Positions 1 to 13,739 of a stretch of DNA of 64,000 nt are shown here, piece after piece. The notes under the pieces were generated by a model. It was not told the DNA's origin and did no database searches. It worked only from the letters and a program-made list of their open reading frames with translations. The first letter of the stretch is position 1. Each line of letters starts with the position of its first letter. The stretch is from contig NC_090392.1 in NCBI RefSeq assembly GCF_036365525.1, forward strand, positions 72,370,345 through 72,434,344, in the 5' to 3' direction. Source of the stretch: Heterodontus francisci. Taxonomy: Eukaryota. Both the position numbers and the translations under genes were made by a program.

Positions 1-444
1 TGAGTAGCTTTCAGCTAGTGTTACAGAGAAGGTTTCAAATATCTTTCAGGGTTCCTACAACTGATCACTGTTGGTGACCACGTACACTTGTCGTCGGGAT
101 GCTAGGTATAGTTTGGTTGTAATGGCTACTGAGTCAAATAGCTTACCTATGCTTATTCAGGTTCACTCATTTATAATGAGCCCGTGAGTGAGGTACCAGG
201 ATATTGCCCATACCTCTCTAGTTAGTGCCCTTAGGAGAGAGAAAGGGGGAAGAATTAAGAGAGGGAGAGGTGTAAACAAATAGAAAATCAAAACAATTGT
301 TAATTTAACTTGTCTGGGACAGTACAGTGAAATAGAAAACTTTTTAAAATGAAGAATTAAAAAGTTAAATATATTTTGATGGATTGAAGGATCTCAAGAA
401 AACAATCTGTGACTTACAAACACTTCAAATGACTCTGGATCAGT

Positions 445-577
445 TGACCTTTGCACTCTGGTGTTTGTTGTTAGCAAGTTGGGAACTCTGAACTTTGACT
501 ACCATACTTCCACATAATGAAAACTTACTTAGTTTATAGTTCCCTTATCAGGTGTGATAGCAGCTGAGTGATAAATA
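445..577 (+). promoter_or_regulatory. Putative liver/intestine-type promoter of apolipoprotein gene 1
   Basis: TGACCTTTG (445) and TGAACTTTG (489) HNF4/nuclear-receptor-like motifs, TGTTTG FOXA-like motif, paired GATA motifs (CTTATC 544, TGATAG 555) and TATA-like GATAAATA (570), just upstream of a strong donor AG|GTAAGC at 653/654. Confidence 0.55.
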
Positions 578-599
578 CAAGAAGACTTGGGATACAAGC

Positions 600-653
600 A
601 ACAGAATAAGTGAAGGATAGAAGAAGGGCAAGAAACTACTTAAACTGAAATAG
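600..653 (+). other. Putative non-coding exon 1 of apolipoprotein gene 1 (start approximate)
   Basis: Donor TAG|GTAAGC after 653, ~80 nt downstream of the TATA-like motif; ApoA-I/E/C genes have a non-coding first exon. Confidence 0.55.
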
Positions 654-2370
654 GTAAGCGATGCTTCACTGATTTTTGGGTGTCTTTCTATGTAATATTT
701 TAGCTCTCAAATGCCATGATGGTTAAAGTGACATGCTTTGGAATATTATTATTTGCATTGCAGCAATGTGTACCAGGATTCAATTTTTGGTGTATATTAT
801 ATATTCGTTTGATAGAGTACTCCAAATTGAAAAAAAATTCACTGAATTAAATTTCAGCTAGAAATATTCCTATGAGGAATTAGTACCATGAATTGTAAAC
901 ATTTTATTTTTAAAACTAGTTTTTGCCTTATTTTAGTAAAACTAACTGCTTTGAAGAGCACAAGGTGATGTTATCTTTCTTCAATACAGAATTTGCCGAT
1001 AAATCCTCAGTTACATAACCAGTGACCCCACAGACACAGTGCTGCAATACACTGTATTGCCTTAAGGAGTTACTTAATATATACCATTCCATATTTCACT
1101 GGACTTCGTTGCTGGCACTCTCAAAAAATCAAGTTGTTGGCACTCCAGTGCAATATTGAGAGAGTGCTGCAATCATTGCAGAGGTACTTTTCAATTGAGG
1201 CATTAAATCAAAGTCTCATCTCCTTGTTCTGTTGGTTGCAAAAGATTCTGTGACACTACCACAAATAGATTACCTGGGCGTTCATAGCTTTGATAGTTTA
1301 GGGATGTTGCTGCCACATTTGTCCAGGTAACAAGCTTCAAAAAATTAATTGTGCATGAAGCACTTTGAGGCATTTCTCAAAGGTTGGATAATGCTCTGTA
1401 CAAATGCAGAAAGTCAGTTTGGCTTTACAAAGGAATTTTCATTTTTGTTTGGGAGGTGGGGAGGTGAAGAGTACACGATATCTTTAAACTCAGTTCAAAT
1501 GGTGAAGGCCCTCCTGATCTACCATGTGAACCAATTAAGGATAGCACTCATTTCAAAAGTGCCAAACCAAGTATCAGATAAATAAATTCATACTACAGCA
1601 GTGATTGAAATTCAGTTTCACACAGTTAAGTTTGTTATCTAAAAGAATGATTCTAAAACTTTCCAAATTGTCCAGGTGAAGGCAAAGAAACTTGGCTTTT
1701 TGTGAAATGCATTAAATGAAAATGTACTGAGGAACTGGTCTGTTAAAATCCTGGCCATGTGTACAGTTCTTTGTCAGTGGCACATCCATGAGCTAAATAT
1801 TAGTATCAATTAAAAATCTATTGTTTCTTTTATCTTCCTCCAGTGCCCCTCCCCCTTTCTCAAGGTATTCACACTTGTAAGGTTCCATGAGAGCATACAG
1901 CTTCTAGTACCTCATTCCAAGTAGTCATTCTTTATCTGTGAACCTAGACTACTTGTGTCAGCAGGTTATTTGACTGTTTTACAGTTCAACCTGATCCTTT
2001 CCTATCCTAAGCTGATATCCACAAATACTCTCCTATTGCTCATTAATGACAAAGAGGGGGAACCTGACTGATTTCATTTTCTTCCCATGCCAAGCTGATG
2101 GTAGCAAATGGTCATGCCCTACCATGATTGCAGCTCAGATCAACCTACTCAGGATTGAAACCTGGAACTTCTTTTGGTCTGTGACACACTAGGCAGTGCA
2201 TTTACTAACAGCCATTATGGAGTTAAAGATCTTTTAGTTCTATTTCTTAGTCCTTAATAAGCCCAAAAGATTGAATATAATCATCTGAATGTATAAATGA
2301 AATAAATACACTAAATTCAGAAGTTCTGAAAGATAATATTTTATTCACAGTGTCGAAGACTGCAGCCATC

Positions 2371-2413
2371 ATGAAGGCAATTGTTGTGACTTTGGCCCTG
2401 TTTGTGATCACAG
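2371..2413 (+). CDS. Apolipoprotein gene 1 (ApoA-I/A-IV-like, 263 aa), coding exon 1: signal peptide MKAIVVTLALFVITG
   Basis: Acceptor TTCACAG ending at 2350, Kozak-like GCCATCATG, 43 coding nt then G|GTATGT (phase 1), the canonical apolipoprotein signal exon. Confidence 0.93.
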
Positions 2414-4317
2414 GTATGTGAGTACAATCCTTTACCCTCAATAGTTGAGGAAATAACACACCAGCTGTATACGAATCATGGTGTTGATTTGATCGAAGGG
2501 AAACGTTTGATGTCGCCAAGTTTAATGGGTTCATTCTTTTCCTCATTTTATTTAATTTATAATTAATGATTTACAGCTGATGTATGCTACTATGCAAACC
2601 TGTTAAGCATTATAATAATACCATGCTGGTATCTATAGAGCTCCAAAAACACATCAAAGTCATCAATCTAGCATTGTGTTGTGTTTAGGGACTCTATAAC
2701 AAAATATGAAATTAAAGCTGATCGAAGCATTATGTGTACATCAGAACCCATTAGATGTTTTGAATAGTTTAAGAGTACCTAATGCACCATTATGTGTCTC
2801 CGCACTAATTGAATAAAACACTTCGTTACAAGCTCAAATCTCATGAGCTGTTTCAGCTGCCAGTGGATGGTCAGTGCTAAAATATGATCTGGTTGGTAAT
2901 TTTACTGCTTAAATTAACTTTCTTATATATTTTTATTATTCATTCATGGGATGTGGGTGTCACTGGCAAGGCTAACATTTGTTGTTCAGCCCTAATTGTC
3001 CTTAGGAAGGTAGTGGTGAGCCGCCGCCTTGAACCACTGCAGCCCATATGTTGTAGGTACACCCACTGTGCTGTTAGGGAGAGTGTTCCAGGATTTTGAC
3101 CCAGCGTCAGCGAAGGAATGGCGATATATTTTCAAGTGTGGATGGTGTGTGACTTGGAGAGGAACTTGGTGTTCCCATTCACCTGCTGCCCTTATACTTC
3201 GAGGTCAGGGGCCTGCAACTTGCAGCTCTGGAGCCACATGCAGCTTTTGAACATATCATTTGCAGCTCCCAACCTTTTCCAGTTGGATCACATTAATATG
3301 AAAAAGCTCAAGAAAAATTAAGGCAACAGTGAGAGCCATGTTTTTATTGTGGTGATAAAAGGCTAATCATTATGCTACACTTTACAGCTTCAAATGATTA
3401 TGCTAATGAAAAATGTTATTTTAATTTTGATTTTTTTCTATTGATACATAAATTCAACGCATTTATTATATATGCAAATTATGCATTCTACAAGAGAGAC
3501 TTGGCAATTTGCCAAGTATTTGGTTTAGAAATGCCAAATATTCATCTTTTGTTTTAGGCATTTTCTTTAAAAAGGCTCTTCAGGTAGAAAAGGCTGCGGA
3601 CCCCTATTCTAGGTGGTAGAGGACCCACACTTCGTTTAAAAACATTTTACAAATATTCCACAAAAATAGGGTAAATAGTTTGAGAAAATAATTGTCAAGT
3701 CAGGTGACCTGTTTAACTGGTACTTTTGACTTATGGACCCTGATTATCCACGGATTGTTTTTATTTTTGAAAGCTATTACAACTGATTTAAAAAAAAAAC
3801 TTTGTTCCCCTTCTAAGTTTCTCCTTTGCTGTCCTGATATCTCATGATGGGATGAGATTCCATGGACACTGAGTGTCCATTAATGCCCCATGTTTTCGGC
3901 TATGTTGCATGTTTGAGTGTAGATAATGAAGGTTGGTGGGCGGTTCCTCTGAAGGGGGCATCGCCGCCAAGCACTATCATGTTCTTATCCAGTGCATGTT
4001 TTCTAAGAGGGGTCAGTGTACAATAAACAGAAACTTTCTGATTTTTTTCCCCCCCTCTTACTTGCTTAGAATTACTGATGTCAGATGTGGCACTGTAACT
4101 GCCACCCCTGGTGCGAACAACCTCACTACAATTAAGGGATCAAACCTGATACATATTTGCTTTAGCCCTGACAACATCTCATGCATTCAGATGTAAAATG
4201 TTGCATTATGTTTGCATAAACTCCATTACATTCTCATTTCAGCAGAGGAACTATTTATAAGGCAGTAACTTTAGGGAATGTATATAAATTAATAACAGTG
4301 AACTGGTGTTTTTTTTA

Positions 4318-4712
4318 TTCTTTCATGGGATGTGGGCGTTGCTGGCAAAGGCAGCATTTGTTGCCAATCCCTAATTACTCTTGATAACTGAGTGGGTTGC
4401 TAGCCTATTTCAGAGGGCAGTTAAGAATCAACCACATTACTGTGGGTCTGGAGTCACATGTAGGCCAGACCAGGTAAGGATGGCAATGAACCAAATGAGA
4501 TTTTACGACAATGAATGATAGTTTCATGACACCATTGCTGAGACTAGCTCTCATTTTCAGATTTTTTTTTAGTAATTAGTTGACTTTATTAATTAATTGA
4601 ATTTAAATTCCACCAGCTGCCATTTTAGCATTGGAATCCATGTCCCCAGGGCATTAGCCTTGGCCTCTGGATTACCAGTTCAGTGATATTACCACAACAC
4701 CATCACCTTCCT
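4318..4712 (-). mobile_element. tRNA-headed SINE with a LINE-derived 3' tail (second copy ~54020-54345)
   Basis: Body and tail match the 54020-54345 copy; tail matches the 3' end of the LINE at 40500-40568. Confidence 0.6.
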
Positions 4713-4844
4713 AAATAAGGCTAAAATATCAGTCTGTGACTTTCTACAGAGATTATAGTGTGTTTGAAAATATTAAAATATGACTCAGACCTGATTTAAT
4801 AATTGTTACCATTAAGGTCTTTCTTCCCCTATCCTTTTGAATAG

Positions 4845-4995
4845 GAACGCAAGGTGCAGTCCTGCAGCAGTTTGAGCCCCAAACGGGTCTAGATGAGCTG
4901 AAAAATACTCTTCAGAACTCCCTAAACCAAGTGAGTGACATGGCTCAAGGCACTATTGAGCAAATCAATAACTTAGAATTTGGAAAGCAGCTCAT
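4845..4995 (+). CDS. Apolipoprotein gene 1, coding exon 2 (TQGAVLQQFEPQTGLDELKNTLQNSLNQVSDMAQGTIEQINNLEFGKQL)
   Basis: Polypyrimidine tract + ATAG acceptor, open frame, AT|GTAAGT phase-2 donor; FGKQL resembles ApoA-I LGKQL at the same intron position. Confidence 0.92.
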
Positions 4996-5559
4996 GTAAG
5001 TATCTACCAACATTCTACAAACATTTGGGTATTTATACAATAGAATAACAATAGAATAACAACCATTAAGGTAAATACTGTCTGGTTTTGAAAGGGGCAA
5101 CTAAAACTGATCAGGAAGATGAATCCTCTTGGCTAGTTTGCATTAGAATAGTCTCATTGGTCTGAATTTTAACCCAACAAAGGGCGGTTTCGCTCAGATG
5201 GGGGTCAAAGTCTGAAAAATCTGTTTCACGACCCAAACCCACTTCCAGCCCACCCATTTCTGGCTTTAACTGAAGGCAGAAGCTGGGCAAGCAGCCAAAC
5301 TGATCCAAGAAGACAGGTTGGAACATTAAATATGATAATGAAGCCAGGAGCCTACATGTCAGGCAGCTTTTAAAATTTAACTGCTGTTGGCCAAGCTTCC
5401 TGAGAGTTGGGAAACCTGGCAGCTTCCTCAAGGCAAGGACTTGGTGGATTCATGAGACAACTCCCTTCACACCTCCTTCCTGCAACCGTGCCTGCCTGAG
5501 AAACCCCCACAATCGGGCACATACCCAACGACCTTCCCCTCCCCGAAGTCACCTATCCC

Positions 5560-5770
5560 ACATTGGACCCCGATATTTCCCCTCACCACCATCGGACCCC
5601 AATATTCCTCATTACCACCAGACCCCGGTATTCTCCCCCACTACCCACGGGACCCTGATATTCCTGCCACTCCCACCAGACCCCGATATTCCCCCTCATT
5701 ACCACCGGATCCCGATATTTCCCCTCACTACCACCGGACCCCGATATTCCACCCCCCCCCCGCCACCACC
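5560..5770. repeat. C-rich minisatellite, ~29-bp unit (GGACCCCGATATTTCCCCTCACCACCACC), ~7 copies
   Basis: Visible tandem GACCCCGATATT..CCCCTCA..ACCACC units in the last intron of gene 1. Confidence 0.85.
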
Positions 5771-5936
5771 ACTGGTTTACCTTCCTTCCAACACTGGTCA
5801 GGTGGTTTAAAGTTCAAAATATATTTGGGTGAGGAGGTGCAAAGTAGTGCAAATTTTTTTTAAAATGTCAAGTTTACTTATGGTACAGAAAGTGTGACAA
5901 ATGTGGAACCCTCATAATCTTTGATTTTATTTGTAG

Positions 5937-6534
5937 TCTAACAATTTCAGAGAACTTGGCACAACTCAGCGGCTATGTTACAGAGCTGCAAAAGATAGTG
6001 ACTCCTCTGTCAACTGATGCGCGTGAGAGATTACAGAAAGACAGCAAGAGGCTTGAGGAGAAGATCCGGAAGGACTTGGAAGAGCTCAAAGACAAAATCC
6101 TTAATTACACTGATGTCCTCCATAATGCAGTCATCCAGAATGTTGAGGAGTACTACCTTTTGGCAGGACCACTGACCAGCAGCCTTAAGGAGCAGGCTAT
6201 TCAGAATGCTAGGGACCTCTACCAAAGGCTGACCCCTTTAGCTGAGGAGGTCCGGGAGAAAATCAAGACCGATATTGAGAACTTTAATGTGAATATCGCA
6301 CCATATGCTGAGTCTGTTGATGCGATATTCACACAACAACTGAAGGAATTGCAAAACGATATTTATCCTCTTACCAATAAATTGGGTGAAAAATTCTACG
6401 AAAAAATGGAGGAGATGAGACTGAAATTCACTCCTCTGGCCGAGGACATCAAGGAGCACCTCACTCCATATGCCAAAGACCTTAAAAGCATGTTGACCTC
6501 TTTGTGGGACACATTCCTCCCAAATTTTAATTAA
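5937..6534 (+). CDS. Apolipoprotein gene 1, last coding exon: proline-punctuated ~22-aa amphipathic repeats (ApoA-I/A-IV/E family domain)
   Basis: TTGTAG acceptor in frame with ORF 5956-6534; repeats such as TPLAEEVREKI, APYAESV, TPLAEDIKEHL, TPYAKDLKSML; spliced CDS 792 nt. Confidence 0.95.
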
Positions 6535-7104
6535 GCACAGTAGACCAAGCCCAGAACCCAAGTTGTACGTTAGACTATGATCAGCTGTGGTCTTTCTTGC
6601 TTTGCTGTGCTAGCATGTTAACATTCCAGTGTTTATGTTAGAACATTGTCAACCTATGGGTATCATCATTTTATTTAATCACTAGCCAGGATACCAACAT
6701 GCTGTATTAACAAACATGCACCACTATCTTTAAAGGAGAATGTACAACAGTCTATTCCTATTCTTGTGAAAATTGCTGTCACAAAGCAGATTTATGTCAG
6801 CTTCTACAGACTACCTAGGCACTAGGGGTGTTATTTCTAAAATTGCACAATGACTTTACGATGGAAAAACCTGCATTAGTAGATTATCAGGATCTGTTGC
6901 TCTTGCTGAAGACTGTGAGCATAACAAATTGATCTACTGCTACATGTTTTAGTAATAACTTTTAAAGGTGTATTGTGTTGATTGTATGATCTCATGTGAA
7001 TTGTTATTTAATTAAATTAGATCTTAAATGTAAGTGTGTTCACTATTGGTATTCGGATTAATGCAGGTGTAGAAAATTAAGACAGAGGGAAACCTGCTGA
7101 AGAA

Positions 7105-10100
7105 GAACATAACATAAGAAATAGGAGCAGGAGTAGGCCATTCAGCCCCTCAAGCCTGCCCCGCCATTCAATAAGATCATGGCTGCTCTGTCCCAGGCCT
7201 CAACTCTTCTTTCGGGCCTGCTCCGCATACCCCTTGACTCTCCAAGATTTCAAAAATCTGTCTACCTCCTCCTTAAGTACATTTAGTGACCTAGCCTCCA
7301 CAACTCTCTGAGGCAGAGAATTCCATAGATTCACCACCCTCTGAGAGAAGAAATTCCTTCGCATCTCAGTTTTTAAATGTGTGCCCCCTTATTCTATAAC
7401 TATGTCCCCTAGTCTGAGATTCCCCCACCAGTGGAAACATATTCTCAACATCTACCCTGTCGAGCCCCCTTAAAATCTTATATGTTTCAATCAGATCACC
7501 TCTCATTCTTCTAAACTCCATTGAATAAAGGCTTAACCTGTTTAATCGTTCTTGATAAGACAACCCCTTCATCCCAGGAATCAGCCTAGTGAACCTTTTC
7601 TGAACTGCCTCCAATGCTAGTATATCCTTCCTTAAATATGGGGACCAAAATTGTACGCAGTACTCCAGGTGTTGCCTCACCAACACCCTGTACAGTTGTA
7701 ACAAGACTTCCCTATTTTAAAACTCAAACCCCCTAGCAATAAAGGCCAAAATTCCATTTGCTTTCCTAATTACTTGCTGAACCTGCATGCTGACTTTTTG
7801 CGTTTCATGTACAAGAACATCCAGATCCCTCTGTACTGCAGTATTTTGTAGTCTTTCTCCATCTAAATAATCTGCCTTTTTATTCTTTCTACCAAAGTGG
7901 ATGACCTCACACTTAGCCACATTGAACTCCATCTGCCAAGTTTTTGCCCACTCACTTAACCTATCTATATCCCTTTGCAGATTCTTTGTGTCCTCATCAC
8001 AACATGCCTTCCCACCTATTTTTATATCGTCAGCAAATTTGGATACACTACACTCTGTCCTTCCTCCAAGTCATTGGTAGAGATAGTAAATAGTTGAGGC
8101 CCTAGGACCGATCCTTGTGGCACCCCACTAGTTACGGCTTTACAACCTGAAAAAGACCCATTGATCCTGACTCTCTGCCTTCTGTGTGTTAGCCGATCTT
8201 CAATCCATGCCAACACATTACCCCCAATACCCTGAGCTCTTATTTAGTACAATAACCTTATGGCACCTTATCGAACGTCTTGTGAAAATCCAAATGGTTC
8301 CCCTTAATCCACTCTGCTTGTTATATCCTCAAAGAACTCTAACAAATTTGTCAAACATGATTTCCCTTTCATAAAGCCATGTTGACTCTGTTTGATTGCA
8401 TTATGTTTTTCTAAATGTCCTGCTATTTCTTCCTTAATAATGGACTCTAGCATTTTCCCAATGACAGATGTTAAGCTAACCGATCTATAGTTTCCTGCTT
8501 TCTGTCTCCCTCCTTTCTTAACTAGGGGTGTCACATTAGCGGTTTTCCAATCCGCTGGTACCCTACCGGAATCCAGTGAGTTTTGGTATATTATGACCAA
8601 TGCCTCCACTATCTCTGCAGCCACTTCTTTTAAAATCCTCGGATGCAGCCCATCAGGTCCTGGTGACTTGTCTGCCTTTAGTTCCGTCAGTTTGTCCAGC
8701 AACTTTTCCCTCGTGATAGAGATTGTTACAAGTTCCTCCCTCCCATTTATTATTATCAGGATGTTTATAGTGTCCTCCATCATGAAGACCGATGCAAAAT
8801 ATTGGTTTAAATTATCTGCTATTTCCCTGTTCCCTGTCATTAATTCCCCATTCTCATCCTCTAAGGTTCCCACACTTACTTTAGCTACTCTCTTCCTATT
8901 TATATACCCGTAGAAACTCTTACTGTTTGTTTTTATATTTCTTGCCTATTTACTCTCATAATCAGTTTTCTCCCTCTTTATTAGATTTTTAGTCATCCGC
9001 TGCTGGTTTCAAAAAAAAATTCCCAATCCTCTGGCCTACCACTAGCTTTTGCCGATTTGTATGTCTTTGTTTTTGATTTGATACTCTCCTTAACTTCCTT
9101 TGTTATCCAAGGTGGTTCATCGTTCTCATCAAGCCCTTCCTTCTGACTGGAATAAATGTTTGCTGAGTGTTATGAAATATCTGCTTAAAAGTCTGCCACT
9201 GCTCCTTTACTGACTTTCCCTGTAGTCTGTTTTCCCAGCCCACTTTAGACAACTCTTTGTTCGGCGGAGAGTTTCATCTGTTGACTTTTTAAAATTAAAA
9301 TAAAACCACCCAGTTTATATATTTAATCGCCCTTCATTTAAGTTGAAGACACTGGTTTGAGACCCGAATTGCTCACCCTCAAACTAAATTTGAAATTGTA
9401 CCATGTTATGATCGCTTCCCCCTGGAGGATCCTTAACTATGAGATCTCCTATTAATCCTACCTCATTACACGTTACCAAATCTAAAATAGCCTGTTCCTG
9501 GGTAGGTTCTGCAACATATTGTTCTATGAAACAATCCCTGATGCACTCCACAAATTCGTCTTCCATGCTACCCTTGCCAATTTGATTTGTCCAGTCTATA
9601 TGCAGATTTAAATTACCCATAATAATTGCAGTTCCCTTACACGCCTCCATTATTTCCTGATTATTTTGTCCTACAGAGAGGCAACTCCTTGGGGGCCTAT
9701 AGACTGCTCCCACACGTGATTTCTTTCCCTTGCTATTCCTTATTTCCACCCAAACTGATTCTACATCCCGATCTATTACACCTATATCATTACTCGCAAC
9801 TGCATTGATCCCTTCCTTTAATAACAAAGCTACCCCACCTCCTTTTCCTTTCTGCCTATTCTTCTGGAATGTCGTATATCCTTGAACATTGAGTTTCTAG
9901 TCCTGGTCATCCTGTAACCATGTCTCTATGATAGCTATCAAATCATATTCATTTATTTCTATCTGTGCTATCAGCTCATCTATCTTGTTACAAATGTTGC
10001 GCGCATTCAGATAAAGAGCCTTAAGCTTTGACTTTTTACCATTTTTACCTACTCTGGTTCTAATTTCTGCTGTACTCTTATGCTTGTATTCTCTGTCCCT

Positions 10101-11107
10101 TCCTATCACACCCTGATTGATGTATGTCCCTTCACTACCCTGCACCTCTACTCTCTCGTTATTTATCGACTTTTTAAACTTCCTTTCAAATGAACCTTCG
10201 CCCCCCCACTATTTAGTTTAAAGCCTTATCTACAACCCTAGTTATACGATTCGTCAGGACACTGGTCCCAGCATGGTTCAAGTGAAGCCCATCCCAACGG
10301 AACAGCTCTCTCTTTCCCCAGTACTGGTCCCATGAATCAGAACCCATCTCTCCCACACCAATCTTTGAGCCACGAATTTACCTGTCTAATTTTATTTACC
10401 CTACGCCAATTTGCACGTGGCTCAGGTAGTAATCCGGAGATTTGTGGTTCTGCTTTTTAATTTAGCCCCGGGCTGCTCATAGTCCCTCAACAGAACCTCT
10501 TTTCTAGTCCTACCTATGTCATTGGTACCTATGTACACCACAACAACTGGATCCTTTCCCTCCCACTCCAAGTTCCTCTCCAGCTCCGAAGAGATGTCCT
10601 TAACCTTGGCACCAGGTAGGCAACACAGCCTTCGGGACTCTCTTTGCTGCAGAGAACAGTATCTATTCCCCTAACTATGCTATCCCCTTTTACAACTACA
10701 TTTCTCTTTTCTCCCCACCTCCCCCCCTCCACTTGAAAGGCACTCTGAACCACAGCACTGTGGTCAGTTCGCTCATCCTCCCTGCAGCCTGTGCCCTCGT
10801 CCACACTGGGAGCAAGAACCTCGTACCTATTGGATAAGGGCGTGACTGTGGCTCCTCCAAAGCTAAATTCTGGATCCCCATACTTGCCTCACGCGCAGTC
10901 ACAGCCTCCTGTCCCTGACCACGGTCCAAATTGGATGGAATTAATCTAAGGGGTGTGACTGTCTCCTGAAACACAGTGTCCAGGTAACTCTCCCCCTCCC
11001 TGATGTGTCGCACTGTCCACAGCTCGGACTCCAGCTCATCAACTCAGAGCCGAAGTTCCTCGAGCAGCCAACACTTGCTGCAGATGTGGTCACTGTGGAT
11101 CGCACTA
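7105..11107 (-). mobile_element. Near-full-length decayed CR1-clade LINE (ORF1 with zinc-finger and GDSL/SGNH esterase motifs; ORF2 APE + RT)
   Basis: ORF fragments [55 protein letters not shown]; (TTCTTATG)-type 3' tail near 7105. Confidence 0.93.
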
Positions 11108-11365
11108 GACGTAAAAGATCCTATGGCACTATTCGAGGAAGAGCCATGGGTGTTTTACTCAATGTTGGGTCTAGTATTTATCCCTCAACCAACATCACCA
11201 AGAGATTATCTGATTATTTAAATCTGTTTGTAGGAGCTTGCGGTGTACAAATTGGTTGCCGCATTTCCTACATTAAACAGTGACTACACTTCAAAAGTAC
11301 TTTATTGACTCTAGTACATTTTGGGACATCCTGAGGTTTTGAAAGGCACTATATAAATGCAAGAT
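11108..11365 (+). mobile_element. DeuSINE/SacSINE1-like fragment (related copies ~1130-1410, 12035-12230, 23760-24140, 32980-33500)
   Basis: Shared core '...TTTCCTACATT..ACAGTGACTACACTTCAAAAGTAC...GGCACTATATAAATGCAAG' recurring across the window; family name from recall. Confidence 0.6.
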
Positions 11366-12284
11366 TTTTTTAAGACCATCCCAGAATATTTATTAACATT
11401 AATATTCATCAGATTGACTCCTAGCCTAGCTCATTTCTTCCCAGATGTCAACATTGTGAAACTCTTGTCTCCCTTACACATCCCTTTCAGTTAGATTTAT
11501 GTTTTGTATCATTTAGCTACTACTTCTTGTCACTTATAATTCAGGCATGTTTTGCACTGTGCCTCACACCTCCACCTCCCTCCCCCCACCCCTCCCCAAA
11601 CAAAAAAAAATTATTCTCGGGGCTAAAAAGGTACTTAAGGTGACATTCACAAAGTCCTCAAGGTTTGTTCATTTTGTATCCAAGATTATCTGACTCCACT
11701 TCTTTTAACTCAATTTGTACTTATCCTATTTGTTAGTTAGGATGGCACTGATATCAGAATTAGGTAAATGATTTACAGCGTGTACTCAATACCCTGTCTT
11801 TACATTTATTAATTAACTTGAGTTACAGATATTGCCAGTAAAATGTTTTTCTCTGCGAAGTCGTCTTTAATTCCTTGTATAACCCGAGGGCAGTGTTTAC
11901 TGAAGGGAGAAGTCAATATTTATTTTAACCTGAGCTATATTTTTATGCATGTTGCAAGTATTTGGAGTGGAAACTTTCTCTGTATTTTGCTGCTGTTTGC
12001 GTCATAGTGAGGTTAGCCTTGTTAGAAAGAAAAAGGCCTGCATTTGTATAGCACCTTTCATGACATCTCAAATGTTTTACAGGCAAAGGAATACCTGCTT
12101 TCAATTGTAGTCACTCTTGTGATGTAGGGAAGCATGGCAGCCAATTTGTGAACAGCAAGCTCCCACAAATGGCAATGAAATAAGTGACCCAGATCATCTG
12201 TTCTTACTGATGTTGGTTGAGGATGAAGGTTTTACCAATTAGCCAGGGCTAAAACTTTTAACAACCACTCTCAGCATCATTGTA

Positions 12285-13185
12285 TTGTCGCTAAATTTGC
12301 TGACCAAACAAAGATAGGTGAGAAAGCAAGTTGTGAGGAGGACACATAGTCTGCAAAGGGCTATCGATAGGTTAAGTGAGTGGGCAAAAATTTGGCTGAT
12401 GGAGTATAATGTGGGAAAATGTGAGGTTATCCACTTTACTAGGAAGAATAGAAAAGCAAAAAATGGAGAGACTGCAGAATGTTGCAGTGCAGAGGCATCT
12501 GGGTGTCCTCATACATGAATCAGAAAATGTTGGTATGCAGTACAGCAAGTAATTAGGAAAGTAAATGGAATGTTGGCCTTTATCATTAGGGGCATGGAAT
12601 ATAAAAGTAGAAAAGTCATGCTACAACTGTACAGGGCATTGGTGAGACCACGCCTAGAGTATAGCATACAGTTTTCGTCTTATTTAAGGAGTGATATATT
12701 TGCATTGGAGGCAGTTCAGAGATGGCTCAGTAGATTGATTCCTGGGATGAAAGGAAAGGTTGAGCAAGTTGAACCTATACTCATTGGATTTTAGAAGAAT
12801 GAGATGTGATCTTTTTGAAACATATAAGATTCTGAGGAGTCTTGACTAGATAAATGCCGAGAAGATGTTTCCCCTTGTAGGGGAATCGAGAACTAGGGTG
12901 CATAATTTCAGAGTAAGGGTTCGTCCATTTAAGATGGAGATAAAGAGGAAGTTCTTCTCTGAGGATTGTGAATCTTTGGAATTCTCTGCCCCAGAGGCCT
13001 TTAGAGGCTGAGTCATTGAATATATTCAAGACTGTGATAGACAGATTCTTGAACTATAGGAGAGTCAAGGGTTATGGAAACAGGCAGGAAAGTGGAGTTG
13101 AGGCCAAGATCGGATCAGCCATAATCCTATTGAATGATGGAGCAGCTCAAGGGGGCTTATGGCTTACTGTTGCTCTTATATTCTT
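12285..13185 (+). mobile_element. 5'-truncated CR1 LINE (RT C-terminus and 3' UTR)
   Basis: MEYNVGKCEVIHF, LYRALVRPRLEY, NLWNSLPQ fragments. Confidence 0.9.
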
Positions 13186-13739
13186 ATTAGCATCAGCCAG
13201 TATCAGTTCCTCACTCTTTACCCTCTTCTACATTTGGGAAGGATCTTCAGGTATCTCTTTGCAATCATGGACAGGATACAAGGAAACTGTCACTTGACAG
13301 ACAATCTTCTTGACTCATATCCAACTTCTCTGTCACAATTTTCCGTGTCTAACTTATCAATGCCACTGTGGCCAGTGTTCCTTGTTCTTGCTAAGTTCCA
13401 GATATATTAAATATGTAATCTTGCTTCACCCTATATCTTCACTGTTGAAATAAAGACTTGCATCACCGCTGAGCTGTTCCATGTTAAATATTTGGATCTG
13501 CCTCACCTCCTCACTCTTCACCTACAATCAATAGTTTTACAAAGCTGAAGCTTAGCATGACCTCTTTTCAACAGTGTTGGATTTCTGAACCTATGGCCTT
13601 TAGCCTTTCTGACAGGATCCTCCTTTAGAAAAAGGTTTTTGCAAATGCAAGCCAAAGATCTGTTTATTGTTCTTTACACCAGTGCGGTTAAGCATCTATT
13701 TTGAGCTAATTTGATTTATTCCACATCTCACTCAAGTCA

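Noticed and set aside
5560-5770. CRISPR-like repeat array
   Set aside because: Contiguous degenerate tandem units without unique spacers in vertebrate DNA; an ordinary minisatellite
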